A stretch of 64,000 nt of DNA from an uncultured virus (IMG/VR IMGVR_UViG_3300037067_016575). Lineage: Duplodnaviria; Heunggongvirae; Uroviricota; Caudoviricetes. Positions 33,571-44,935 of this stretch are shown piece after piece. The stretch lies in IMG/VR virus record IMGVR_UViG_3300037067_016575, one strand, 5' to 3'. The notes below the pieces were generated by a model, which ran no database searches, was not told the origin of the DNA, and saw only the letters and a program-made list of their open reading frames with translations. Position numbers and translations under genes: made by a program. How positions within the stretch are numbered: the first letter of the stretch is position 1; every line of letters begins with the position of its first letter.

Positions 33571-34835
33571 GATTTTTCTCCTGAATGGATTTATTTTATT
33601 TGTTCGTTTGTTTGTTTCAATTCACACTCCCGCAAAAGGAGTGACGTTTTGTTTTACTGGATGTTTTAGTATACCGGGTCGTAGATATATTTGTTTACAT
33701 TTCAGCAATCCCCGCTTTGAGTTCTTCAACCATCCCATATGGATCGTTTCTATTCCGTTCTACAAGACTTTCGGCCTTTCGGTTTGATATATTAATCCAA
33801 TCCAGCACATATTTGCGATAGTTACTGTCTTTTCGCAGTTTCCCAAGTAGTAAAATCAGTATTACCGTTAACTGCTGGATCTTCGTTGGTTTCCGAATTA
33901 AGGTGAATTCAGAATAGGGACTCCATTTTTCATGCATTTCTTTTACCGATATCTCGATTTCCGTACATCGCCACCCACGTAGTTCAGCACGTTTCGTGAT
34001 CTCTATTATCGGTTTGGGTTTGGGAACTGATAGCGACATAACTGAACGTCACTCGTCAAAATCCAGACTGTGATCCCGTCTCTTCTGGTTTTCCCTTTCA
34101 TTTTTTGCTATATCAGCGAGACGCTCGTTCACCCTTACGAATGCTTTGAAACCTTCCGGCTCCCATCTCCTCAATGCCTCCGCAACGATTTCAATACTGG
34201 TTTTTGCACCGGCATTAAGTGCGGCGTTGAGCATTCCATCTTGTTCCCGTTTGGATTCTGTCATACCGTGAAGTTTACCGATTAATAACATAGCGTATGC
34301 CATTTCATTGCGGTTATCGTGATCACCAAATAGTATTTTGATATCGGCAACCGTTGCCTTAATATCACCCTTATGTGCGGCATAACTCTCTTTTACTGTT
34401 TCTTTAATCGCCGATACTTTTCTTTCAGGGACACCAAATAATCCCGAAATTGTTTCTGGGTTAATAGTATCCGTTGGCTGCTGAATCTCTGAATCTACCA
34501 TGATCAATCATCTCCATATTATTTTGTGGGAAAATAAGTGTTTCCCTTAATCGTTCTCCTGCGTTTCCCCAAAGATGGCTTTGAAGACGGATAATGCGTC
34601 TTCTGCATCCTGTATACTGTGCTCGTCGAGTTGGAACATGTGATCTGATTCGACAAAACAGAAATTACCCGTAACAACAATCTTTCCATTCGTTCCATAG
34701 GGGTTATTTGAACTTTCCTCACCACTACACCGGGTTACAGTTAGTTTCCGTTCAATCCGTCTTTCACTATCGTCAAAAATGCATTCAACTTCAAGAGATT
34801 CCTCACGACTATCGGAATCTGATGTGACTTTTACA

Positions 34836-35372
34836 TTACGGATCATCAGTATCACTTACTTGTTGCTCGATCTTGTGTTCTAATGCCTCTGTTGGTGTCA
34901 CGATATCCATGTCACCGAACCGTCCCGAATTGTACACAATCTGTTTTTCCGTTTTGAGCGTCCACGGGAATACTCCGATTTCCAAGAGATTTTTGTTATT
35001 TTTGATTAATTTTTTATTCTCGGTGGTTACCCGTTTCAGATTTGTTTCCAGAACCTCGATCTGGTCACGCACCTCTTTTGCTCTTAAGTATTCCTTCTCG
35101 CGATGTGCACTCGTATACTCATCCCGCACCCGGAAAACTTCGTTCTCTCGCTCAAGGTGTTTGATCCTCCGTTCAAGAAGACGAATGATATTTTTTATAT
35201 CTTCTTTGTCCGGGTTGGTTTCGTCGATATATTTTACAAACGAGCCTTTAACTGTGAGAAAAGGTCTGTCGTCATCTGTTGGCGGACTGTAGGAATAGGT
35301 CGTTTTGGTTCTGGTAGGCCGTGGGTCATCATTTATCATCCACACCCTCAATGCGTTCATATTAATGGTCAC
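34836..35372 (-). CDS. coiled-coil protein with RF tag (GRFGDMDIV)
   Basis: ORF track; tag. Confidence 0.7.
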   Translation of the reverse strand: MTINMNALRVWMINDDPRPTRTKTTYSYSPPTDDDRPFLTVKGSFVKYIDETNPDKEDIKNIIRLLERRIKHLERENEVFRVRDEYTSAHREKEYLRAKEVRDQIEVLETNLKRVTTENKKLIKNNKNLLEIGVFPWTLKTEKQIVYNSGRFGDMDIVTPTEALEHKIEQQVSDTDDP

Positions 35373-35730
35373 AATCTCACCTCTTTTTCACCAAGTAACA
35401 GTAATTCTAGTGACCTTATTTCACCGTCACAGAATTTCAGGTTTTCCAAATACTCATCTCTGATGATTTTCGGTAATTTCTTCCCTTTTGGGAATTTGCC
35501 TGCTAGTAAAATTGATGCTGTCCGTGCTCTTTCCAAGGATAACAACACAAGATATTCTTTTACCTGATTTACAGATAATTTGAACTCTTTCGCTTCCATT
35601 GCCTTTTTGAAGTCCCTTTTATCTGCACGATACGGGATGTCGGGCGTTTCTGCTAACACACGTTCGATATCTTTCTGAAAATCTTTGTCAGTCATTTTTT
35701 CACCCTCTCCTTTTCGTGATTGCATATGCA

Positions 35731-36168
35731 TTAAACTATATCAATCTGGTTAAACCGCGTTGGCTTCGGTTGTGGGATCTCGCTTTTCTTTAATGGGACT
35801 TTGAGTTTCTTGCTCCCATACCTTACCTTATATTTTATTTCGGGTTTTTGGTTATCAAATCCGAAACCTTGTTTTCCTTTTGGATAGTTTTTGATTGCCC
35901 CTCGTAAATATGGCTCAAAGACATCTCCACGCCAACAACGTTCCGGCTCTGATGGGGTAATAATAAAACAATACCCGTTTGTTTCATGGAGTGTTTTCCC
36001 ATTCCCGTTTGTTTCCAAATCGGTGAGAATCCCGATCAGATGTCCATTAAAATTATCAGATTCGTTGATGTAACGGAAATACACTGTGTAAAACCCTTCA
36101 CTACTAACCCCGTTCCGATGGTAAAGAACGTGATAAACGTGTATTGCATCTTTTGGGATGGTTCTCAT
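35731..36168 (-). CDS. hypothetical protein with terminal RF tag (TRFNQIDIV*)
   Basis: ORF track; tag. Confidence 0.75.
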   Translation of the reverse strand: MRTIPKDAIHVYHVLYHRNGVSSEGFYTVYFRYINESDNFNGHLIGILTDLETNGNGKTLHETNGYCFIITPSEPERCWRGDVFEPYLRGAIKNYPKGKQGFGFDNQKPEIKYKVRYGSKKLKVPLKKSEIPQPKPTRFNQIDIV

Positions 36169-36197
36169 ATTTACTCCCCCCTCTACATATGTACTTT

Positions 36198-36740
36198 TTA
36201 TACGACAATATCAATGTGCTCAAACCGATTGAACTTTTTTACAGGTTTCTTTTTTACAGGTTTCTTTTTTACGGGTTTTGGTTTGCTCGGTTTACGTTCG
36301 GGTTTTACCGGTTTTTCTCCGAAGTAAATTGTTCTGATCGACCGGTATTTCGGTTTCTCTAACCGTGTCAAATCTTTTGTTGAAAACCCGTTCACGGTTT
36401 TTATGTTGATTGTTTGTTTTACTAGGTCGAGAGTGTAAAGGTAACGGATATCCCCCTGAATACGGGTTGCCGGTTCATATGATCCACAACACCACCCCGA
36501 AAAACTGTCATTTCCGGGTTCACATATATTAGATTTTGTTTTACTATACTCATCTGCACCAATAAGGATTAACCACCCTGCTGCCTGTTGTACGTTATCC
36601 CGTATACGTCCTTCATGTACCCATTCCATGAATTTTGTAAGTGTTGGTAATGCGCCAGTGGGGTATCCGTCGGAATGACGATAGAGGATAACTTCTTCGT
36701 CATATTCGTCTTTTATAACAATATTACACCGAGTGGACAT
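36198..36740 (-). CDS. phage-type MSTR...Y.H.DGYP protein with KPVKK repeats and RF tag (NRFEHIDIVV*)
   Basis: MSTRCNI..LYRHSDGYP motif; tag. Confidence 0.75.
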   Translation of the reverse strand: MSTRCNIVIKDEYDEEVILYRHSDGYPTGALPTLTKFMEWVHEGRIRDNVQQAAGWLILIGADEYSKTKSNICEPGNDSFSGWCCGSYEPATRIQGDIRYLYTLDLVKQTINIKTVNGFSTKDLTRLEKPKYRSIRTIYFGEKPVKPERKPSKPKPVKKKPVKKKPVKKFNRFEHIDIVV

Positions 36741-36921
36741 AATTTACCCCTATGCTGAAAACCAACCGATTACAATAAAAATTATCCCGAGAAATACCCC
36801 CACAATAAGTTTAAAGTGTTGACTGTAGATCGTAGTTACTTCTATTGTTAATCCCGTAGAGCACGTTAAAATTGCACCTGCTATCATTAACTCTCCATTC
36901 ATAAATTTCACCTCGTAATTT

Positions 36922-36960
36922 TTAATTACTTAATTAATTATAGGATAATTAAGTAATTAA
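36922..36960. repeat. AT-rich palindromic intergenic element
   Basis: ttaattacttaatta-N9-taattaagtaattaa. Confidence 0.7.
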
Positions 36961-37229
36961 ACCAAATCGATCTCGGCAAACCGATTGAATTTTTTCTTTT
37001 CTGCGGGTTTCGGTAATTTCGCCCGTTTTTTTATACCCGGTTTAAAGTTAGAGTGAGTTATCGTATATTCTTTTTCGTAATCGCTACCTTCACCTGCACA
37101 ATACATACATACGGCACAACATGGGTGAGCGGGAGTTTGATGAGGGGGGCGATACTGATTGCATACGTTATGCGAAAGTGCACCTGCAATATCGCCAATT
37201 TCAGCATGAGTAAGAAAACAATACCACAT
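36957..37229 (-). CDS. WYC..CxxC family protein with terminal RF tag (NRFAEIDLV*)
   Basis: Similar to 42852-43181 and 54088-54459. Confidence 0.7.
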   Translation of the reverse strand: MWYCFLTHAEIGDIAGALSHNVCNQYRPPHQTPAHPCCAVCMYCAGEGSDYEKEYTITHSNFKPGIKKRAKLPKPAEKKKFNRFAEIDLV

Positions 37230-37562
37230 AAGTTCACCCGATATTTATTTACCCGGAATGAACCGGGAAAAAGGTTGGTTTAGTTATACCTTTTTTATAA
37301 GTTCGATCTCGCATTCCACGTCTTTGATTTGTTTTTCTAGTTCGGCGATCTCGTTCTCTTTTTTTTCTGCGGTGAATTGTTTCATAAACAACATCCCTGC
37401 TATGAACGCCTCTTGTTCCGTTGGAGTTCTCGGAGATGCATCCGGATACTGGTTGAAAAAAATAATTAACTTCTCTTTCAACTCCATTGCTACATCCATG
37501 AATATTGGGTTATCCCCATAACGTTCTTGTATGCGTTTATCAAGTGAGGTTTCTACCATGAT

Positions 37563-38030
37563 TTACCATCCACGTTTTTTCTCGAATTTTTCCCGAGTTG
37601 TTTGTTCAAGGGGGCAGAATTCCGGGAACTTGCACTTCCCCTTGTTTCCGTAAAACACATCCATTACGTAGATCTGCTTTCCTTTACCCTTGCATTCTGT
37701 GCATGTATACCTGATCGGGGTTTTTGTTGCGTCTATTTTTGCCGAAGGACAGTTTAAACAGAAATAGATTACACTTGGTTTTGGGTAGAGCCGCGTTTTG
37801 AGGCCGTTTTCTGTTTTACCCGTTGGTTTTAGAGGGCAGAATTCCGGAAATTTGGTCTTATCCTCTGGAAATATATCGAGATGGACTTCCTCTTTTACTG
37901 TCAGCTCGCCACATCGGAGTACAATTGGATCTTTTGTGCCTTTTATGAGTAAGAGTGAGGGGCAATTAAAGCACGTCGTGATTTCGCGTGCTTTCGTATA
38001 AATTCGTACTTCCTGAGTTTTCTTTATCAT
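37563..38030 (-). CDS. protein with two tandem Cys domains
   Basis: C.NCPS...C...KFPEFCPL occurs twice. Confidence 0.7.
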   Translation of the reverse strand: MIKKTQEVRIYTKAREITTCFNCPSLLLIKGTKDPIVLRCGELTVKEEVHLDIFPEDKTKFPEFCPLKPTGKTENGLKTRLYPKPSVIYFCLNCPSAKIDATKTPIRYTCTECKGKGKQIYVMDVFYGNKGKCKFPEFCPLEQTTREKFEKKRGW

Positions 38031-39134
38031 AATTTACCTCGTAATTTAATTACATTAATTTTAAGGTTAACACAAGTTAGATCTCATGAGGGCAATAACG
38101 TCAGGATGAAACCAATACAGGGTTTTTCCTTGAAATTCGTACCTGTCGATAGTCGTTAGTTTTGTATTGAGTCTGAACGTTCCGTTTGCCATGATCTCTT
38201 TGAAGATCTTTTCTGTCATTTCTACGTCGTAGTGTTCGATAACTGCCCGTAGGAACTTATACTGATGTGTGAAATCGTGATAGAACGGCGTCCAGTTTAC
38301 CGTACCGAGATCATGAATGCCAATCGTAAAACAATTTTTATCTATACGAGTGATCCTTGGATTCTCCGGTAATGATTCGATTTTCGCAATTAGCTCGGCG
38401 TTAAGAGTTTCGAGTTTCTCTTTATATTCATCAAACGCTTTCTTATGATTTGTTAATGCTTTGATCTCTGCCATAATCTACCTCCATTTTTTTATACATT
38501 TTTCCGGAACATGAACCGGGAAAAAGGGGTTTTTATTATATTTTTATTTACTCCACTTCAAATTCCCAGAACCCCGGCCATTTAGATTTTCCTTCAACCC
38601 TTAATGAACCGCCATTTTTATCTACGGATTTGGAAATTTCGTTTGCGGTTTTTTTGTTTTCGCACTGGATATGAACCATTTCCCCCACGCCGTTAAGGGC
38701 GGGACAGTGTAAGGCGCGTACAACCCGTGAACTGTGTATAGGATTTGAACTTAATCCAATGAATGCGTTGTTTCCCGACAATCCACACGCTGTACCAATC
38801 TTTCGCTCTGCCAGTTCTGCAATTGTTGCTTCAATGAAGATACCTCCCTCTTCGGGAAATTTGTTTACGTAGTCTTCATCCATGAATCCATTAATTTCTG
38901 ACCTTGACATTTCACGCATATTTTTCCTCTTTTTTTACATTTTTTCACGAATACCTAGTATCCGAATTTGTTATTTCCTGCACTCTGCTTTCACCGTATG
39001 ATATGATGCCATCTGGTGTTCTCTCCCGTTGAGCTCGTCCTTAATCCATCTGCCAGACCAATCGGTTCGCCTCTCTTTTAATATTTTTTTGATTGACGGG
39101 TCGGGAATTTGTACTATCGGCACTTGCGTGAGAC

Positions 39135-39377
39135 TCATACCGCGTTCCCCTTTCCTTCACGAGGGAGTACCCGCCACGTTACGCTGTTTGCTTCACTGTA
39201 CTGTTCAATGATCAGTTGTTTTGAGATCTTTGAGATCTTGTACAGATTTACACCGATGACTTTCGCGGATAAACCAAGATCTTGGCCGATGTATTTCGCT
39301 TTGAAAAAGCGTTTTCCAAGAGCGATCTGTTCCTTGAGGTGTTTGATGATCAATTGCTGGTTTTTTGTGTATGACAT
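39135..39377 (-). CDS. small archaeal winged-helix protein
   Basis: FFKAKYIGQDLGLSAKVIG..L..I....IEQYS....TWRV, resembling small euryarchaeal wHTH proteins. Confidence 0.65.
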   Translation of the reverse strand: MSYTKNQQLIIKHLKEQIALGKRFFKAKYIGQDLGLSAKVIGVNLYKISKISKQLIIEQYSEANSVTWRVLPREGKGNAV

Positions 39378-39580
39378 TGTGGTTTCATCCCTGTGCTGTG
39401 TGATTTTTTCTTATATTCTGCATATGCATGTACCGATTCAGGACATCCTCTTCAGGGTCTCCCAAAGTTACATGCAGTGCAAGATAGTTCTGATATTCCT
39501 GACAATACGCTTCCCCGTCACAATCACTAGATTGACATACGAGACATGGATTCATTTCTTCCAACGGTTCTTCCATGAGT

Positions 39581-40282
39581 TCACACTCCGTTTTTAATTT
39601 CAGTCACGTTTTTAAGATATCTTGGATTTACAATTACCTCGTTTTCACACCGTTTGTGGGTATACAGGAATATACGGTTTTTTGAGATTGTTGCCTGATA
39701 TACCGTACCTTTCAGATTGAACCGTTTGGCAAACCATTCTGCTTTTTCCAAGTCGGTTGTCCAACTTAACCCTCGGATCTTTGCTTTTTTGTCCGGTGTC
39801 CCACGATAAATAGTCAACTTCTCCGGGAAATTTGCATATATATTTTTCTCGCCTTCGTCCATCATCTCTGCGATGTCGGCAATTGAAAACATATTTACCA
39901 GACTTGAGATTTTATGCTGGTGCGGAAATTCCGTCGATAACCAGAGATCAAGTAACAAGTCAGAGTATTCTTTTTTCGGGTAATCATATATCCTCAAAGT
40001 GAAGTCCAAAATCTGTAACCGGTTCGGTTTTGTGACGTTCCAAAAAACCTGATGAACGTTTTTACATGTAATTCGCATGTAATCGAGTTTCGATTTTATC
40101 GCAATCCTTGCGTTGGTTTCGTCCGATACGTCGAGAAGTCTGTGGCCCGTTGGATTGGTCTCGTCGGGGAACATAACCACGGGACTTATATTGATTTCAT
40201 AGAGTAAACTTACAAGGATATTATCGGGGAACATCGCAAGTGTCCCGATGAGTTTTTCCGGAGTGGCTTTTGTTTTCGTCAT
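39581..40282 (-). CDS. ADP-ribosyltransferase-like (R-S-E) protein
   Basis: IYRG, LSWTT and ENEVIV in ART order. Confidence 0.55.
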   Translation of the reverse strand: MTKTKATPEKLIGTLAMFPDNILVSLLYEINISPVVMFPDETNPTGHRLLDVSDETNARIAIKSKLDYMRITCKNVHQVFWNVTKPNRLQILDFTLRIYDYPKKEYSDLLLDLWLSTEFPHQHKISSLVNMFSIADIAEMMDEGEKNIYANFPEKLTIYRGTPDKKAKIRGLSWTTDLEKAEWFAKRFNLKGTVYQATISKNRIFLYTHKRCENEVIVNPRYLKNVTEIKNGV

Positions 40283-40728
40283 GGTAACACCAGATCTATT
40301 TCTGCAAATCTGTTGAATGGTTTTGGTGCGGGGGTTTTCTTCCGGGGTTTTGGTATAGGGTTATAGAGGTCGCCATAGTAAATTTTGTTTAACTGTATTT
40401 TTTTATCTTTAACCGCTTTCATTACGTCCAGAATTTTTATAACCTGATCCTCGGATATCCCCCGCCAATTTACACAATTTGTACAGAATTGTTTATCGTT
40501 TCGTGACCATCCCTCTTTTCGTTCATACGTATCACAACTATTTCCCCTAAGGCTATCTGTAACGACTGCACATGAAACTTTGTCGGTACTTTTTTTACAT
40601 TTTCCATTAATGTGAAGACGGTTTAGATCAATGTCATCGGTTGTGGCAAGTTTTTGAAAAATTTCTTCTATTGGTACGTTAAAATTATATTTCTTATACG
40701 AATTAAATGTTATTTTTTCCATAATCAA
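40279..40728 (-). CDS. CxxC-xW family protein with RF tag (NRFAEIDLVLP*)
   Basis: QFCTNCVNWRGIS; paralog of 11002-11460. Confidence 0.75.
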   Translation of the reverse strand: MIMEKITFNSYKKYNFNVPIEEIFQKLATTDDIDLNRLHINGKCKKSTDKVSCAVVTDSLRGNSCDTYERKEGWSRNDKQFCTNCVNWRGISEDQVIKILDVMKAVKDKKIQLNKIYYGDLYNPIPKPRKKTPAPKPFNRFAEIDLVLP

Positions 40729-40886
40729 CCACCACGTCGATATTTGCGGTTAAAGGATTTTTATTTTCTTTTGATCACTAACTCGGTCAAAGTGTTGCCA
40801 CTTTTGGCATCTTGTTTTTCCTTTTTTATCCGCTTTTTCATGAACTCCTAAACGTTACGGGAGATATCATTTCCTTCAACTGCTCG

Positions 40887-41165
40887 TCATGGTAGTACTA
40901 GATCAATCTCCGCAAACCGGTTTTTCTTAAGAGGAGGGTCACTCATATTTTCCTGCGACGGGGGATATAATTTGATCTCGTCTGCATCCATGATATCTCT
41001 AGAATACATGTCACAATCTCTTCCTAATTGGCAAAATTCTTCCGGAGAGAGTAAGATGCTTATTTTACCGGGTCTTACAGAAATACATCCCCTTGTGAAT
41101 ACAAGTTCTACGGCCCTTTCACCGTGACCTTTGTATTCAACGATCTTCCATGATTTCATTTGCAC
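40887..41165 (-). CDS. hypothetical protein with RF tag (NRFAEIDLVLP*)
   Basis: ORF track; tag. Confidence 0.7.
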   Translation of the reverse strand: MQMKSWKIVEYKGHGERAVELVFTRGCISVRPGKISILLSPEEFCQLGRDCDMYSRDIMDADEIKLYPPSQENMSDPPLKKNRFAEIDLVLP

Positions 41166-41568
41166 TCACCACGTCGAGGTCTTCAAATCTACCTTTTGTT
41201 TTTGGCTGTGGATCTTCCCGATTCTTGTATCTCTCCTGTAATCTTGAATATATTTTATCAAGATTCTGTTTTCCGAGACGGTTGAGTGTAGAGTAACCAC
41301 TTTCAAAAAAAGGTGTTAATTCTGGTTGTGACCCGGCTTCTTTTATGTGGCGTAAAAGTTCCCTCGTGTCTTTTGAGTCGTCCATTATCCATTGCAGAAT
41401 GCACCTTTGACCTGCAATAAACGGGCAACACTGGCAACCGTCACCAAACTGGCCGCTCAATCCAAAATAATGGGGGATAACACAAATCGGATGCTTATCC
41501 GGCCTTGATTCGGTTTCCATCAGGGCTGCACGTAAGATCTCTAATTTCAATTCTGCCTCATTAACCAT
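41137..41568 (-). CDS. Cys-containing protein with RF tag (GRFEDLDVV)
   Basis: ORF track; tag. Confidence 0.7.
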   Translation of the reverse strand: MVNEAELKLEILRAALMETESRPDKHPICVIPHYFGLSGQFGDGCQCCPFIAGQRCILQWIMDDSKDTRELLRHIKEAGSQPELTPFFESGYSTLNRLGKQNLDKIYSRLQERYKNREDPQPKTKGRFEDLDVVSANEIMEDR

Positions 41569-41581
41569 AAAATCACCCCAT

Positions 41582-41619
41582 TAATTACTTAATTACTTCT
41601 GTAATTAATTAAGTAATTA
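41582..41619. repeat. AT-rich palindromic intergenic element
   Basis: taattacttaatta-N10-taattaagtaatta. Confidence 0.7.
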
Positions 41620-41940
41620 GATTAAATCAATATCGGCAAACCGATTGAACGGTTCTTTAGGAATCAGATTATGCCCGTGAAGGATTTCTCCCCCATCAAT
41701 AAAATTCGTTCTGGATATTTTAACAACAACGTGTCCTTTATTAAATGGGACGTGTATCCAAAATGTTCCGGACACCGCTTCACAACCGCACTGTGTTTGA
41801 CGACATGCCACGAACAGATCCTCAAGATCGCCTTTTTTGTCCCATTTGATATCTTTTTGATTTGCGCAATTTTTATGATATCGCTGGATTGCATCCATTA
41901 CTGGTTGCGGAACACGGAATTTTTGCATATGTATCACCAA
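41617..41940 (-). CDS. hypothetical protein with terminal RF tag (NRFADIDLI*)
   Basis: ORF track; tag. Confidence 0.7.
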   Translation of the reverse strand: MVIHMQKFRVPQPVMDAIQRYHKNCANQKDIKWDKKGDLEDLFVACRQTQCGCEAVSGTFWIHVPFNKGHVVVKISRTNFIDGGEILHGHNLIPKEPFNRFADIDLI

Positions 41941-41942
41941 GA

Positions 41943-42461
41943 TTACACGACAATATCAATAACGGCGAACCGATTGAATTTTTTTACGGGTTTAACCTGT
42001 TTCGGTTTTTGATTGACTCCGAACCACCGATAAATCTCAGCCCACCCAACGGCGACAGCCGCATTGTATTCATCGTAAGGCGTATAAACTTCCGGTTGAC
42101 CGTAATTCTTATCTATGAAATATCCGTTCGCCATCCTGATTACGAATAAATTGTAATCACTAATTTCCTTAGCGTATGGAGGGAGATAACTGATCCGGAA
42201 ATCATCGTAGAGGTTGCCATGAGCCGGACAGTTATTCTTAAACCAGACACACATCATATCCTGATCGATCTTCTGACTTTTAGCAATCTTACGGACTTTT
42301 GGGACGATTTTCTTTAATCGACCCAATAACGCTTCGTCATTACAGAACCAATCATACCACCCGGCATTACACATAGACTCTCGCGATCCATCTGCGTATA
42401 CTCCATTGTCCCAATTCTCAAGGAACTGCCTGATTGAAATGTTATCCATCATATCGATCAC
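41943..42461 (-). CDS. phage-type protein (WYDWFC..FKNNCP..LYDDFR) with terminal RF tag (NRFAVIDIVV*)
   Basis: ORF track; tag. Confidence 0.75.
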   Translation of the reverse strand: MIDMMDNISIRQFLENWDNGVYADGSRESMCNAGWYDWFCNDEALLGRLKKIVPKVRKIAKSQKIDQDMMCVWFKNNCPAHGNLYDDFRISYLPPYAKEISDYNLFVIRMANGYFIDKNYGQPEVYTPYDEYNAAVAVGWAEIYRWFGVNQKPKQVKPVKKFNRFAVIDIVV

Positions 42462-42464
42462 ATC

Positions 42465-42848
42465 TTAATAATCAAGGTCTGAAAATCGTTCGGTGGATAC
42501 TGGAACGGGTTTTGTCGGCGCTTGTATTTCCAGTTTGACAATCTGTCCACCGACGAAATAATTATCTTCTGTCAGTTTTTTTACGATCTTCACGTCGTTG
42601 ATTATCTTGGTGAAAATGAACACCCCCTTTACTTCTTCCCGTGTCCATCCATTGTGAGATATTTTGTCCAATGCTACTATGTCGGCTTCTTTGTCCCACT
42701 CTTCTAAATCCTGATATGACTTATGAAGATAATAGGTCATCAGGAAATTTAACACATCACCCGGAATCTGATAATCGCTATGATCCTCGTAATATTTTTC
42801 ATTTACAGTTCCAATCAGGTTCTTTGGGTATTCCTGCATAGTTCTCAC
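42465..42848 (-). CDS. hypothetical protein with terminal tag (ERFSDLDY*)
   Basis: ORF track; tag variant. Confidence 0.7.
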   Translation of the reverse strand: MRTMQEYPKNLIGTVNEKYYEDHSDYQIPGDVLNFLMTYYLHKSYQDLEEWDKEADIVALDKISHNGWTREEVKGVFIFTKIINDVKIVKKLTEDNYFVGGQIVKLEIQAPTKPVPVSTERFSDLDY

Positions 42849-42851
42849 CTG

Positions 42852-43181
42852 TTATACGATATCAATATTGGCAAACCGGTTTCTGTTTATTTTTTCTGGG
42901 GTTATGATAACATCTTCCGGGATCGTGCTACCTTCAATGACGCCACATATCCAATTAGGATGTGTTTCTGAATATATTTTCTCTGTTGTGCTGCCTTCCA
43001 TTGCGCAAAACTTACACGTTCTGCAAAAACCTTTGTATGGATTTAAGTACTTATTACGATCTAACCCATCCATCGGTGAATACATTTTGCATTTTTTGTG
43101 TCTGTTGGCATATTTTACGCTTTGTCCACCTAATGACGCTTTGAAGATAAAACAATACCAGTGAGATTTTCTTTCTTTCAT
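42852..43181 (-). CDS. WYC..CxxC family protein with terminal RF tag (NRFANIDIV*)
   Basis: ORF track; tag. Confidence 0.7.
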   Translation of the reverse strand: MKERKSHWYCFIFKASLGGQSVKYANRHKKCKMYSPMDGLDRNKYLNPYKGFCRTCKFCAMEGSTTEKIYSETHPNWICGVIEGSTIPEDVIITPEKINRNRFANIDIV

Positions 43182-43561
43182 GGTTCCACCAAATCGATCT
43201 CGGCAAACCGATTTTTCTTTTCTGGTTTTTTCTTTTCCTGATTGTCTTGATTAAATTGAGAGATTGGTTCGAGCGGATATTTTTCACGGAATTCTTTAAA
43301 TATACTCATGATAATATCTGTACTGACAACCTCGAAATCGTGACCGTTATTTCCTTCGTATGTGTAGAAATGTTCCAGAATTTCATTCTCAAGAAGATCG
43401 TAAATGTTTATTGATCTTTCGGGAATTGAGGTGGGTTTTGGATCGGGAATTATCTCTGCAAATGCACATACTTCGCAATATGCTACTGAATTAATAGGGC
43501 AGTCTTTCTTGTTTTGTACTGTCCCGCGTTCATCGAATTTACAAAAATATTGAACGACCAT
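43178..43561 (-). CDS. Cys-containing protein with RF tag (NRFAEIDLVEP*)
   Basis: ORF track; tag. Confidence 0.7.
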   Translation of the reverse strand: MVVQYFCKFDERGTVQNKKDCPINSVAYCEVCAFAEIIPDPKPTSIPERSINIYDLLENEILEHFYTYEGNNGHDFEVVSTDIIMSIFKEFREKYPLEPISQFNQDNQEKKKPEKKNRFAEIDLVEP

Positions 43562-44568
43562 TTCAATCCCCTCTGGGTAATTCGTATTTACATATGTAAC
43601 TGTGAGATTATCTTTCTGATGTCTTCGTCCGGAACATGAACCGGAAAAAAGATAGTCACTTCCCGACGCTATGAGCTTTTTCGGCTCTCTTTTTTATGTC
43701 ATCATCAAAACACTCAAGGTTGTTCCTTGTCGCTGATACGCAGAATGGTTCGCTGCTACCTCCACTTACTGATAACATTATACCATCCACCTGTCGTATT
43801 GCAAAAAGCCAGTCCATTGCTATCTCTGTTCTATTTGGAGCATTTTCAGGAACGAGGTTGACAAATAGGCGATTGAGTAATAGACAAATATACATTTTTT
43901 CTTTTGTAGTGTGTTCCATTGTTACCTCGGGATCTTAACTTGGTTTTCCAAGTATGATTCAACCCGTTCCTTGAAAACCGGTGCGTCGTCTTTGTGAATT
44001 AGGAGCGAATGATAATCTACGGGATTGCCTTTAATCCTTAACCCTTCTCCAAGTTTTGGTGACCCATTTATTCCTTTGAGATAATGAGATCCATACTGGC
44101 ACTGAATGCCAATTTCGTTTCGACAGAGATCTCCGAAGTTCACGTAATATTTTACAGAACACGTGATTTCTTTTGATGTTCCCTCGTGGTATTCACACCG
44201 GTTACATTCTGCCACGGTTGGGTCACGCCACGGGAGTGTTGGACATTTTGATGGAAAGTTTACCATTTTTTCACCTGTGCCACGTTAGGCGTCTTCATCA
44301 AACCCTACGGCGTCGAGAAGATCCATAAGTGACCCGATATCGTTTTTGATGAAAACAAGTCCACCGTCCTTTCCTTTCATGATTCCGCCAAATTCACTGC
44401 GGTGGATCGGTTTGCCCTGTTGATCAAGGATTTTTACAGAGGGATCGTTTTTCTCTACAATGTACCCGTCTTTGTCGAGGACTTTATCAAAGCATAAAAG
44501 CATGTCTTCTTTTGAGTTCTCGTCAAAAGTAATTACACCCTTTTTGAAAACTTTTTTTGTCATGTTTA

Positions 44569-44772
44569 TCACCAGTAATCGAGATCTTCAAATCGCGGCT
44601 TTATGATCGTTTTTTCTTCTGTGGTGCTAGTTCCGGATACCCCCGTGAGGTGAGTAGACGCTGTTTTTTTCCTCTTTTCTATTTCTTCCAACCTTTTCTC
44701 TATATCAAGAAGTGTGTCATTGTCTATGTCACTAAATCTCGCTACAAAATTCTGATGTGTGTTTAGAGACAT
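44569..44772 (-). CDS. 67-aa protein with two RF tags
   Basis: ARFSDIDN near the N-terminus and PRFEDLDYW* at the C-terminus. Confidence 0.6.
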   Translation of the reverse strand: MSLNTHQNFVARFSDIDNDTLLDIEKRLEEIEKRKKTASTHLTGVSGTSTTEEKTIIKPRFEDLDYW

Positions 44773-44935
44773 AGTATTATCACCCCATCAAGATAAAGGC
44801 CGATGAGAGTGTTGTGCTCATTACACAAATTATTCCGAGAATGGGTACACTCATGAAAATAACACACGTAACTAATACCATCGCCGTAATAGTACCAATT
44901 TTTACGAGGTATATTTTTGTTTTGTAATTCATATA

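Noticed and set aside
40279..43561. RF tag as a by-product of the next gene's Shine-Dalgarno
   Set aside because: DLV/DVV codons can supply GGTG in some overlaps, but NRFAxI is conserved with synonymous changes and also occurs internally or away from downstream starts
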